Below the pieces are notes generated by a model. The model did no database searches and was not told the origin of the DNA. It worked only from the letters and a program-made list of their open reading frames with translations. Positions 11,071-23,640 of a stretch of DNA of 60,000 nucleotides are shown here, piece by piece. Both the position numbers and the translations under genes were made by a program. This DNA comes from Squalus acanthias (Eukaryota). Each line of letters starts with the position of its first letter. Within the stretch, counting starts at the first letter, position 1. Location: contig CM059432.1 of the NCBI GenBank assembly GCA_030390025.1, forward strand, positions 130,822,001 to 130,882,000. Direction: 5' to 3'.

Positions 11071-14000
11071 AAAAATCCAAAGAAGCTATGCAAATAATAG
11101 CATACATTATGCATTTGGGAATCTATTTACAACGAAGATCAGCATTCCTCACAGGTTACTCACATCTCCATTTATGCAATACTTTACTCTCTGAAGAAAA
11201 TATACCCCATTGTTTTTTTAAAATTTCTTTTACCTTTTCCACATGCTATGCTTTTTTTCTACTATTTGTTTCTTTGGGCTGAACATTGAACTTCAGCGAG
11301 GGGGTGGGGGGGCGGGGGGGTAAACCAGGGCATTACCGAATCGGGTGGGATATGTATACAACCGCCCGTTTTACCTTCCCCCACCCCCGCCACCTCACGC
11401 CGTCGAAGTTGAAAGTTCCGCCCATCATCTTATTTCCCTTTGACTTTCATTCCATGATTTCTGTTTTCTCTAAATTTGTAGTTCTATCATTCAATTTTAC
11501 CCTCATTTTATTTCACGTAAGTCCTCGTGCTGTTTGCAGAAAAGAAAACAAATAGGAAATAAATCCCATCCCCTTCCATTCCTTGGATTCCGTTCCTTGG
11601 ATTCCATTCCACAAGCTTCCGCTCCATAGGGGCACCAACTCTCGTGGGATATATTCCTGGAGGTTTCATCTCATGAACTCCCACCTCCAACTGACCCGCC
11701 CAGTCAAACAGTCTTTTTCCCATCGCCAATACGTTTATAACTAATAAACAAAAATGTTCAAAGAAAATGTAAAAAAAATCGATTTTTTTTTTTTAATGTG
11801 CCCAATGATTTTTCTCCTGGGTTGCTCGCAGTAGTGTCCTGGAGATTAATCTTGAATTCTTGGAGACTCCAGAACAATCCTGGAGAGTTGGCAACCCTAC
11901 TCTCCATTCTCTGTCCTATACTGTCCTTTTCCATCTCTCTGCTCCCTCTATTTCCTGACCCTCAAGCAACCTCTTCTCCCTTATCACTCTTTTCCTTTGC
12001 AACTCTCCCAGCCTCTGCTGATCTGATTGTAACATGAAGTTACCCCATTTCTCCTATGATATGAATCCAACCAAGGCAAAAGGCAGAGAGGGAAATGTGA
12101 AAGGTAACGAACTTGTGACAGTACAGATGGAGAACTGGGCCCGAAATCCAGAAATTGACTGGCATTCCAGATCTGATGTGCTCTGCTTTTCTGGGTCAGG
12201 TTCAAACCCAGGTCCCAGTGTACAATGTACGAACTTACTGCACCACCCAGTTCCCTTAGCTATTTTTAAACAGCCTATTTGTAATTTTCACTCTTAGTCA
12301 TATGTATATCAGAAATATGATGCTTCCTCACAGCTTAACTGTGCATGTTCTGCATTTTATTTGCTTATCACAGAATTTTTCAGTCCCACCCAAACCTGTT
12401 TCACAAAAACTTGCTTTATAAAAAATTGTTCCTTTTTCTTCCCCTGAAGGCCATTCCATTATATGGTTTTAGAGGTGCTGACAGTCCTCCAATACTTTAC
12501 CCAAATGGTGTTCTTTACATCTGACTGTAGGGAGTGAATGTCAGCAAAATATTCATTCATGGGAGGCCATCATAGCCAAGCCCATAGATTATATCCATGT
12601 ATGCACACTTTTTAAGTCAGATCAGTGGATAGTAACCAGGTTTGGGGATCCTGCCTGGAGCCTGATGTGCTAATTGTACCACCACACTATCAGCACGGTT
12701 GAGATGAGGTAACTCAACACAGGCCAGGGGTCAATGCTAGGATCTTGCTGATGTAGCTCACCACACCATACAGGTATCTACTGGGCAATGGGGAGAATCA
12801 TTTTTGTTTTAACTGCGATGCTTTTCTGAGGTTTTTTTCCCCTTCCCTTTATTCTGCCTTCCTACGCCATGTGTTATGTATCAATTGAACTTAAAAGGAT
12901 GGACAGGCGCCTTTGTCAATTCTAGTCTAAAACTAGCCATTATGAGATGCTTGAGAGCAGTCTGTGATGTCTCTCCCTCTGATTTTCCTTACCTTTGTGA
13001 GGGGAAAGTGCCTGGTCCACATCATGCAAGGACAGCTCATTTAACTATTTTAGTGAGGTTCCCAGCGCGTAGTGAACGATGTACTGGGATTGTCACAGGG
13101 TCAGAGCCAGTGAAAGGCTGCTTGCTGCCCATACGGTACCACCTTTTACATTGATTCGCTGGTCGGGGCCTAAAGCCCCTTGTTTGATTTGGCCATCGCA
13201 GCCCAGAAACTATAGTGGCAGCAAAGAAAAGTGACCCTATATTAGGGAAAAAGGTTATCCAGCAGCAAACATTCCTCTATCCCCCCACCCCCATGGTCAT
13301 ACATTGAAGCATCCAACTCAAGCCTGAATTACGGGAGAGCCCCTGAATTTAAATAAATTGTGAGGCCTTAATGACCCTTTTGTACATTATCCAGGAATTC
13401 CCACCACATTCCTCAATATTCAGCTCCTCCTCGCCCCCATTTCCCAATGTTGTACCATTCCTCTCCCATCACCATTCCCTGGCTTACCATAAAGAGCGCT
13501 AGATCTGCTAATATATGGATGGATCTGCCACTTTTTGTCCAACACATCTGGTCCATCAAGCCTGCTCTCTCCAGAAATGCCGCAGTCACACGCACCATCA
13601 ACTGTCCCATTCCCTTAGTCAGGCATCCTCTTGGGAGAGGCAAACAAAAATCAGAATTACATAAAACAGCAACAATTCATAAATGAAGAGGAAGGAATCC
13701 ACCCAACAGAAGTGGGGAAAAGCAGGTCGATAAAGTTCCAATGCTAAACTACTGAAGATGTACGAAAACAGCCGTGAGCAGTCAGTACAATCTACCAGTG
13801 AAAGAAAGATGGAAAGAAAGGTGCCGATGAAGTCACTCCCAATATTGTTTGAAATCCTTGTTCCTCCACCAAAAAGCTGAGGATTTACGACTGGAAAGGA
13901 GAACTGAGATTTTCCACTCAAGATACGCCAGCTCCCCCAGCGTAACGTGAGCAGCTTTGGGCAGAAAACACTTTGGGGGCTGCTCGGTCCGCTTATCCGC

Positions 14001-15729
14001 TCTCCCACGCTACTGCTGCGATGTCCCATCCACACAGGGAACATACAACACGTCTGCCCATATACGGCCGACAATAATGCGGCAGTATACAACAACAAAA
14101 GCACAAAATTGCTGCTACCACTTCCAGAGTTGATAATTAAGTGTCTCACTCACACTCTCACCGCCCAGTACCCACCCTTTTTTTTGATGCTGTGGAAGGT
14201 CTGGTAGTATATTCCTTATACTCTTAAAAATTTCCCGCGGCGGGGGGGCGGGGTGTTTATCCCGATCTCCTGTTTACCAAATGCTGGAGATTGGCGACCC
14301 CCCCCACCCCGAGAAATGGGGTAAACAGCCACTTTCAGCCAATCAGGCCATTTCTTCGGGGGCTCTGCCAATCTCCCGCGGAAGCTGTGGCAGGAGATCG
14401 GAACAACCCCTGCGGAAATTCAGGACTGCACTTCCTGAGGTTCAGGGAGCTCCTGAGCACTGAAGCATGATTTTTTTTTTACACTTAACCTAACACTGTT
14501 GGCACCTCACACTGCTCATTTATTGACCGGACCATCTATTGACCTCTGGAGCTATGTAAAGTTGTTCATATACTGATGAGGCTAGATTTTTCAAATCCTT
14601 TCAAGCAGTGAGGTCTCCCACCTGCCACATACGTGCATCAGAAAATTTTGCCTCTCTACCCTCAATTTTCCGTGCATTGATGTCAATGGATGGAAAATCA
14701 CAGCCAATGGGTTCGCAGTTTTCTGATACGCGCTCGCAATGTGTGAGGCATCTTGCCATTATGCAAGAATTGGATAATCTACTCTTTCGACTTGATTACA
14801 TAGGATTACATAGAATTTACAGCACAGAAACAGGCCATTTGGCCCAACTGGTCCATGACCAGCATTAATTTTATAATATTGTATTAAAAATATTTCTATC
14901 TTAAAAAATGATGACTAAATTCTAACAACATTATGAAGGAATTGCAAGATGTTTGCGATTCAAATACAGGACCTTTTGATCAGGGAGGCCGTTTTACAGT
15001 CTTACAGAAGGGTATTCCTTTGAGCAGTAAAATCTTAAGCTTACCCAATGATTTAGTAGCTAAATATGCCATGCAGTCTAATATTGAGCCATATAAATCA
15101 AGAAGGTCCCAGGTTTGATTCCTGGCATTGGCTGAGTTAGCTAATCTGGGAGGCAGGGAGGGTGCAATAACAGGCCTCAGTCTCTCTGGGTTTGAGAGGG
15201 GAAGAATCAGCTAAAGTTCCTGATCCTTATCGACAAGCCCCTCATGAAATGTTCATGTTGTGTAGATGCTGGCTGATGACAGGTTGCTTTGACTGTAATC
15301 CCCTACATAGTAAAAGAGCAAGCAAAGAATAGCCACTGCAGCTAAGTACTACAGGCTGCCACTGCTTATAAAACTGCACCACACTCAGGACAGAAGAGTA
15401 TATGAAATCATTAAAAGGCTGTTTTCTTAACTACAAAGTATTCCACTGCAGAACAGACTTGGAACACAGAGTTAAGTTTTATGAATTACTGTTCTTGGCC
15501 TGGAACTTTGTGCAGTGGAAGTGTATATAGGGAATTCAGGAGCAGAGGACAATGTATCGAGTACATTTTTCTGTTACTAATTTGTGAAGCTCAGTGCCAG
15601 AAACAGAAATATGTAAAATCTACCCCACAGAGACAATCAAGTTATACAATTGGCTTTGTCTGTGGAAATTTCAGTTCATTTAGTCATGGCCAACATTTAT
15701 CTTCAACCAATACCACCATAACAGATAAT

Positions 15730-16463
15730 GGCCTAGAAATTCGTGACCGCCATAAAAGCTGCCAGTGCCCACCACCGCAGTTGGGTGTTAACGGCCGCCG
15801 AAAATGCTGGCGCTGGCAGGACCAATAAATTGGCGCTGGGGACTGCAGCCACTGGGGTAGCACTGCGTGACATCAGTTGGATAGGTAAAGGCACACATCC
15901 TGACCTAATACGTGAACTCTGTTTCTCTCTCCAGAGATGCTGCCTGACCTGCTGAGTATTTCCAGCATTTTCTGTCTTCTCAGAGGCCTTCCTTTACCAT
16001 CCGAGGCCTTGCAAGCATCCAGCAGCACTCCCTGCTCACGTAAAAAAACATTTAACATGTATTGCACCAAGCCACTACGTCAATAAAATAAAAAAATCCA
16101 GTCCAAAAACTGAAATGCAAACTTACCTGAAAGATGTGTATGTCCCTTTAAGAGGTGCTGACAGTGTCTCTGTCAGTCTGCTGAACGCTGAGTTTTCATG
16201 GCAAGCTTAGGACCCAGCGCTGAACTCAGCGCTAAGGTCGAAGTTCACTGAGATGCTGTTAGCTTGGAGTTGCACGCTGACTGACGTCACCCTCTCCCCA
16301 TTTATATTCCCAGGACCAGCACTGCTATCGGCAGCGCTAAGGCCCTCACCAAAATGGCAGCTGCCAAGTCCCATGCCACAGAAGGGTGCTAGAGTGGCGG
16401 CCGGTATTTTTCGCCAGGATTTAGGCGGTCACTCATGGCAGTAAGTGGTGTAATTTCTAGGCC
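15730..16463. mobile_element. Non-autonomous Harbinger-type MITE containing a Penelope-tail fragment (~15900-15976)
   Basis: Perfect 12-bp TIR GGCCTAGAAATT/AATTTCTAGGCC. The internal AACTCTGTTTCTCTCTCCA.AGATGCTGCCTGACCTGCTGAG matches 48728-48790. Confidence 0.8.
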
Positions 16464-16564
16464 ATTATATGGTCATTTATCTCATTGATAATTTGTAAAA
16501 ACCTTTGTTTTGTTGCAGTGAGCAAATTGGCTGCTGCATTTCCCTACGTTTAAACAGTCACTAC

Positions 16565-17400
16565 GGGCTGGATTTTCTCAATGGGAAGCTTTTGGAGGCG
16601 GGACTGCTGCTTGCCGGCTTTCAATCCCGCCTCCATCAGCTTCTGGCCAACCAGCGGGATTTTCCCCTGATTGACCTTGTTAAGCCCGCCCAGCGGGCTC
16701 AGCAGGCCAATTAGGGGGAAGTCAGTGACAGAGCAAATCAACGTATAACGTGTCATCTGTCACGAACTTTTGAAAGAAGAAATGTTATCGTTTGACAGCT
16801 CTGTGAAGCTGTCAAACACTGACATTCTGTGTAGTTTGATGAGTCTTTGTGTTCAGGACTCATCAAACCTTTCAACTTTGCAGAAATCACCTGGCTGTTG
16901 GTTCGGAGGATCCAACAGCCAGTCTGTGAAATCTACAATGGAGATGTCGGGACTCTGGCTCCACAGCGGCTGAAGGCTGTAGGCAGAAACAAAGGTAAGT
17001 GAACATTTTCTAACACTTTACACTCACCTTACATACTTACCACTCCACACTTGCACCCATCACTCACCGCACTTTCAGACCCCTCCGACCCCCGCAGACC
17101 TCCTACTCGTCTCTACACCCTGGCGGGGTTCCCCCAGGTCGGGAAGCCCGCACTTCGGAACGAAAAATGGGGATAATCCTATTTTCTGCCTGTTAACTAC
17201 CTGTTAACAGGCAGTTCATAGGCTTTAATCCCTTTCCCACCTTGAGGAGACGGGACCCGGGGCAGGACGGCTTCCCACCTCCTGGCAAGAGGGCATGGAG
17301 GCAGGTTGGGGGCGGGTTTGCCACCCGCCCCCAAATTCTGCAACTTTACCGGCAGTCCCGCCTCCATATCCGCCTCCTCAGGGCTGACAAAATCCAGCCC
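16565..17400 (+). mobile_element. Hairpin-rich MITE, copy A, inserted in a SINE 3' region
   Basis: TIR GGGCTGGATTTT/AAAATCCAGCCC with TSD TAC (16562-16564, 17401-17403). The flanks rejoin as the SINE tail CAGTCACTAC|ACTTCAAAAG. Confidence 0.9.
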
Positions 17401-18523
17401 TACACTTCAAAAGCACTTCATTGGCTGTGAAATGCTTTGGAATGTCTTGAGGACGTGAAAGGTGCGATATAAATGCACGTTCCTTCTTTCTAAGGCGAGA
17501 AGCTTAGCATGATAGTTATGTAAGGGTCGAACAACCTTCCAGTCGTGGACATAACACTTTCATTCTTTAGTTTAATTATTCATTGCTGCAGCATCTCCTT
17601 TATCTGTGCTTGGGATATGGGCAACGCAAGCAAGGCAGCATTTATTGCCCATGCCTAGCTGCTCTGTGGGTATTAAGAATCAACCACATAGTGTGGGACT
17701 GGAGTCACATGTAGACCACACAAGGTAGGGCTAGCAGGTCCCTCCCTGAAGGACATTAGAGAAACAGTCTGGTTTTTCTGTCTTTCCGACAACTTTCGTG
17801 GTAATTTTTCTGGTGTAAGCCCACAATTACTAGATTTATTTCACAACTTGCCATGGTGGGATATGAGCTCATGACCTCTCGGGTCGCTAGTCCAGTACTA
17901 TAACCACTTGGGTGCCGTACCCCTAAATTGAACCCTTCATGGATGGGTACTTACTTTAATTGGAGAAAAGAAAATGAGCGGGGATGTGATCTTTAAAATG
18001 CGGAGAGGCCTCGATAATATTAGATGTAAGCAAGCTATCTAACTTGGTCTGTGAGCACAAAAAGTAAGGCACCACTACAGATTTAGCAAACTTCAAAAAA
18101 ATGTTTGACATTAGAAGGGATTTACATTCCCAACAGAGTAGAGAATCTGTGGCATTTGCTACAGAAACAGGAGATAAAAGCAATTAGCCCCTTGAAGATT
18201 CTACTATTTGATCATCTGCCTTTCTTATCTAAATACAGACAGACAATCAAATACTCGAGGTATGGTTCCTGTGCTTCTGGGGCAAGCTGGTATATCCTGG
18301 AAAGCAGGTGAGAGGCAATCTTACAATTTTGTGCTCTTGGCACAGAACTTTATCCAAGTAACACCTATCAGGAGTACGTCCCACCACAATTTTCCGTCTA
18401 TTCATTTTGATGAATGGAAAATTTGGGGGGCAGTGCACATCCAGATTCCCAATGTGTGCCCCTAGCAGGCCAAGCATTGTATTGGGAGTGGAAATTTATA
18501 AAGTTACACCTATGATTTTAAAT

Positions 18524-19036
18524 AGCGGTTACAGACTATTGAGGAGATTTATTTGACTATCTTTTGGGGTCAGATAAAAATTTTGCATTGCTCTCCCTAA
18601 GCTAATTAAATAGATGGTGAGGTAGAATCCATGACAAATCAGAATGCACATAAGACTGTAGGAGAAACAGACTTGATGGGCTTGAACATTTAAATGTTAA
18701 CAAACCTAATTTTAAAAGGTAACAAAAGTAGCATCTACAGCAATGGAATGAAAATTAAATGAGTCCTGGAAGAGCAGATCACTCACGCTTTACAGACTCA
18801 TTTAATTTTCATTCCATTGCTGTAGATGCTACTTTTGTTACCTTTTAAAATTAGGTTTGTTAACATTTAAATGTTCAAGCCCATCAAGTCTGTTTCTCCT
18901 ACAGTCTTATGTGCATTCTGATTTGTCATGGATTCTACCTCACCATCTATTTAATTAGCTTAGGGAGAGCAATGCAAAATTTTTATCTGACCCCAAAAGA
19001 TAGTCAAATAAATCTCCTCAATAGTCTGTAACCGCT
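18524..19036. repeat. Perfect inverted duplication, 242-bp arms, 29-bp spacer
   Basis: 18524-18765 is the reverse complement of 18795-19036; no mismatch found on manual comparison. Confidence 0.95.
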
Positions 19037-19205
19037 GGTGAAATTAAAAGTTACTCCCATGGTCTCTTAGTCTGGTGCATTTTCCATCTTTCATGGAGAT
19101 CATCCCATACCATTTTGGTGTTTTGTCCAGTGGTATTGGGTCAATGATTTGCAGACTATCTCACATAATGTTAAGTTTCAAAACACAGAAAGTGCAGTCT
19201 TGTTG

Positions 19206-19485
19206 AACAACAACTATCATTTATATCATGCATTTAAAGTAGTAAAACGTCCCAAGGCCCTTCACAGGAGCGTTATCAAACAAAAATTTGACACCGAGCC
19301 ACATAATTCACATAATTAGATATTAGGATGTGGTCAAAGAGGTAGGTTTTAAGGAGCATCTTAAAGGAGGAGAGAGAGGTAGAGAGGCGGAAAGGTTTAG
19401 GGAGGGAATTCCAGAGCTTAGGGCCTAGGCAGCTGAAGGCCTGGCCACCAATGGAGGGGCAAAAGAAATCGGGGATGCACAAGAA
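19206..19485 (-). mobile_element. L2 LINE 3' end fragment
   Basis: Peptide GGQAFSCLGPKLWNSLPKPFRLSTSLSSFKMLLKTYLFD followed by a (TTG)n-type tail. Confidence 0.85.
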
Positions 19486-22429
19486 CACTAGTAAAGATTT
19501 TTGGAAAAAGGACTGAATTGAAACAATAATGTAAATAAAAACTCAGAATGCATTATGAAGACTATGAAATCTCCGGCCATGAATTGCAGACAATAATTTG
19601 ATTTCTGCTTTTGATGTTGCCAGGAGCCATTGAGTTGAGTTTTTGCCTTGTGATTCATTGCCAGTCTGTATTATCTTATATCCTACACCCGAAGTAAGGT
19701 TCTGCATCCATAAACAGTATATTTGCTTCTGATATTTCAAAGTTGCTTTTTGTGCTAAAATTTTGAATGATCCAATAATTCAAATCGAGGAGCTAGAATA
19801 CTGCAGCGGTTTAAGAAAAAGGCTCACCACCACCTTCTCAGGGGCAACTAGGGATGGGCAATAATTGCCAGGCTTGCCAGCAACGCCCACATCCCGAGAA
19901 TGAATTAAAAAAAACAAGGCTTTTCAGTGCATTTTGAATTTGAATGATCTAGTCATTCAAATTAGACAACTTCAAATTATTAGGAATACACCGTACTGCA
20001 GCTATCCATATACAGTGCATTTGTTAACACTTGTTTTAGCTGTATAATGGTTAACATTACAAGGAACACAATCTGTTGCATAAACATAGTATTGTAATGC
20101 TGGTGGAGATCACCTTCCATATTGCAGACCTCTTATTTTTTTCTTTATACTAGCTTGCAACTGACTCATTTGAGAACAAGGTCAGCCATTTGCAAATGCT
20201 CCAAATGCAATTACAACTCAGTATGAGTCCTCCTCGGCAGTGTGAACCAGGCACTAGAATCTGGCTGGGAATCCTGGCACCCTCCCATATGACCACGTGA
20301 TGAGTTAGGTCTCTACCGCTATACAATCTGTGACTGTGGAGACATGAGACAAGTACTTTAGCATCTTCAAGGATTGCAGCAGCTCTTCCCCAACAGTGTT
20401 AAAAAAATAAAACTTCTTTGCAAGAAAGCCATTTTATAATGCAGTACTTTCAAAGGTGCCATCATTATACTTACCCCTGAATTGGCCCCATGCTCAAATG
20501 CAGAAATTTCTTGCAAAACAGAAATTGTTGCTGACAGTGTTTCAACAGTATCTGGCACCAGTTACTGGCAAGCATGTGATTTTGCAATGATGCTAAAATA
20601 GTGATATACTGACTGTGTTATTTTTTGGTTATCAACTGCACAGAATCACTTGGCAAACTTGCAGTAATCACATTAGAATCAGTGCTCCTTCAGTGAGGAT
20701 ACCAGCACTCAGCAACAAAAGTGAGCATCTTGGCCGCAGATGTTTGCTGTGACACCCACGGAAATAAGAGTCCGATCAATTCCACTGGATGTAAAATAAA
20801 ATCATTATGGATATATTAGAGTGATTTCCCAGAGGTAATTTCACCCCAAGGGTCCAGGTGAGCATTATCTCGATCTTTCAATGAAATCACAGCATTGTAT
20901 TCACTGTCCATCATTTTCTCTGCCATTCATCAGTGTTGCCTATGGACTACAAAAAAAAGTCCTCTGGCTTGGTGATGGTTTCTGGTACATTTTTCTGCAT
21001 ATACACACCAATTGGAATGCACTAGGAAAAATACAAAAGTAAATAGCTGTTCAAATATTTAGATCCAATATATAGAAAAAAATGTTATTACGGAAGCACA
21101 GGAAATATAAATTCCATTTAGCTGACAAGAAACAGTTTTTTTAACATTTTGACGAATTCCAATTCCCGAGGTTTGCCTCCCTTAGTTATTTTTGGTTTCT
21201 CTTACATTTTGGCCTCCTTTTATTCTTGCACCTTTTTTTTCCTTTGTCTCTTTGTCTCTGCCGATCTCCTCCTCCTTCCCAATGAATCTAGAATCTAGAT
21301 AGTTGCACAAAGGCACAGGTCAGCCTACCCGGAAACACAGAAAGTGGCCGGGTTTATTGGTACAGCTTGGCCATTTTATGAGTTTTCAGCCTGACTGACT
21401 CCTTCCTTTAACTTGAAACTCAGAGGTGAAAAACAGCAGCACACAACCTCATAGATTAGCAGAGAATTCCTGTCAAATATGGCAATCCTTATTAAAAATG
21501 CTGATTTATTGTTGCAGATTGCAACAGCAGCAATGGATATCACGAGGGAGGTGTACCACGCAGTGCGAGGCAGGGTGGTGGTTGAACAACTCACATTGAA
21601 ATCTTATTGGGGTGTCTGCCATACTTCTGGCGTAGTTATGGCATCATTTTGAGGAAATTCCCAGCCATATTGTGGTTCAGTGGGAGAGTTCACAAGACAA
21701 GCAAAGGAGAAGCTGCTTCAGTCCTAAGTCCCAAACTCTTCAGCCTTGAAATTCCGTGAGCACAGTTGCATCGCCGGGAGTGTAGCGGGTGGGACACCCG
21801 GCCACCATTTTGCTGAGGCGTTGGCCCCAACAGAAATCACAGGGTCATTTCATTAGAATAATTTGAGGTGGGGCAGGCCTGCCACACCACAACTGAGGGA
21901 TGGGGGGAGGTCTGAATCTCACGCGGAGGCATTGACCACTGACCTTCAAGTCAAGAGGGATTGTATCAACGAAACAATGGCAACCGGCTTCAGAGAACTT
22001 TGATGTGCCAGCTTTAAGGATGTGCACAAGCTACATTCCACCATGAGGTCCACCCTCATGCTGATCAATGGCCAGGTGGATCCAGGACCCAGCATAGGTG
22101 GCGAGCAATGAGGCCACCTTTATGATGCTGCCCTCACTCCTCATTATGACTCATGAACTTTCCAAGCAGCCTCATAGATGTCTGCTCATGTAAGTTTTCT
22201 CTACCCAGTCCCTTTCCTCATCTGGGATCTTCATTGGAAGACCCACCATCAGGGCGAAGTTATGCAGGACACAGCATTCCACAACTACTTTGGAGACTCA
22301 GGCTGCTTTGTACTGCATTGCTCACCCCACCCTGACAATTTTTCAAGGGAATGGGAACATGCCTTCAGAATGCCTATGGTGTTCCCTACAACAATACAAG
22401 TCCTGGCAAAGGCCTCATTATTCCTTCGT

Positions 22430-23640
22430 TCCACATCAACGGGGAGGATACAGGCAGAAGTAATTAGCTAGGGCAGCAGGGGATAGCTCTTGTCACTGTG
22501 GAGTCAGCCAGACCCTTCTCCTTCTCCCTAAAATGATGAAGGATGCTCAGGATGAAAGCATGGCGATAGCTTCCTGAAAATTGGGCATGGAAGGTCTTAT
22601 GCTACTGATCACATACCACTAACATTGAGAAAGTGGAATCATTAGTGGCTTAGAAAATCCTGGATTTTCTGATGTGGGGTCATATTGCAACATGGGTTCC
22701 ATCTATAACCCCTTGTGCCCTGTGCAATGCTGCTACACGATAAAAGTTTAAATCCCCCTGATGTTTTCCTGGGCTGACATTCCAAGGAGTCATGCTAAAA
22801 AGAACATCGGCAACTTGCTGTATATAGCAATGGGCTGCAAATCGAGTGATGTTGCAGAAGTCAGCACCTGCAATCTGAAAGGGCCATATTGCATAGAAAT
22901 TGAGGGCTGTGGTGACTTTCACCTGGATGGAAAGAGTAGTGGGTGTTTGGGAAGATACTTAGAGATCTGGTCGCTTTAGGCAGAGGGGCACTGGGTGCCT
23001 TCCCTGTGCCTGAATGGTGAGGGCCCGAGGCAACCGCAATATTGGGCCTTGGGCCTCACTTCAATGGAGCCGGCGTGATGCGAACAGCCAGCCAGAGAAG
23101 ACTAAACCAAATTCCTCCGGTAACTAAGGGACCAGGGTCGGGAGATTGGAGGCCAGTGGTGGGAGTTTCGTAAACCAGGGGTCAAAAGATAGGAGGTCAG
23201 GTGTCAGGAGATCGGGGAGAGTTGATGGGCGATGAGATAGGAGGTCAGGGATGGTTGCAGGGGGCGGCACTCCTGTTCCTCCCGGCTCCACATTCAGGGA
23301 AGTATACATTTAGGCCCCTGATTTGCATGCGCAAAGGGCCTAATGCCCGCTTCAGGCGTGGGCCCTGGACATCTATTTTATTTTTCTTCACCAATATGGC
23401 AGGCGGCGCACTTCTGGCCGGAAATGTGCGCGTGCTTCCTGCCCGCTATATTAGCACTTAGTAGGCTGGTTACCACTGTGCGGCCAAATTTATAGGCCAA
23501 ATTTCCTGCGATGCATCTTTACTGAACCGTAGCCTCCTTGGGCAGATCTCTCTGATATATTCGCAAAGAAGTGGGGTGCTTTGTAGACTCTGGTGGAAGG
23601 ATATCTCCATTTGGTCTTCTCCTTCGGTGCAGACTTTTGC
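22430..23640 (-). pseudogene. Decayed Harbinger transposase interrupted by a GC-rich MITE-like segment (~22980-23500)
   Basis: Remnants TRVYK...RRLRFSK (~23520-23600), KVTTALNFYA...QGVIDGTHVAI (22680-22922) and an SDKSY motif (~22485) are collinear with the intact transposase. Confidence 0.8.

Noticed and set aside
13619..14149. 176-aa ORF with a signal-peptide-like start
   Set aside because: It starts at GTG, has no recognisable domain, and its 3' part reads like intronic pyrimidine-rich sequence.
15897..15976. Third hammerhead ribozyme
   Set aside because: The CUGANGA box is missing and GAAAC is mutated; only the downstream Penelope tail remains.
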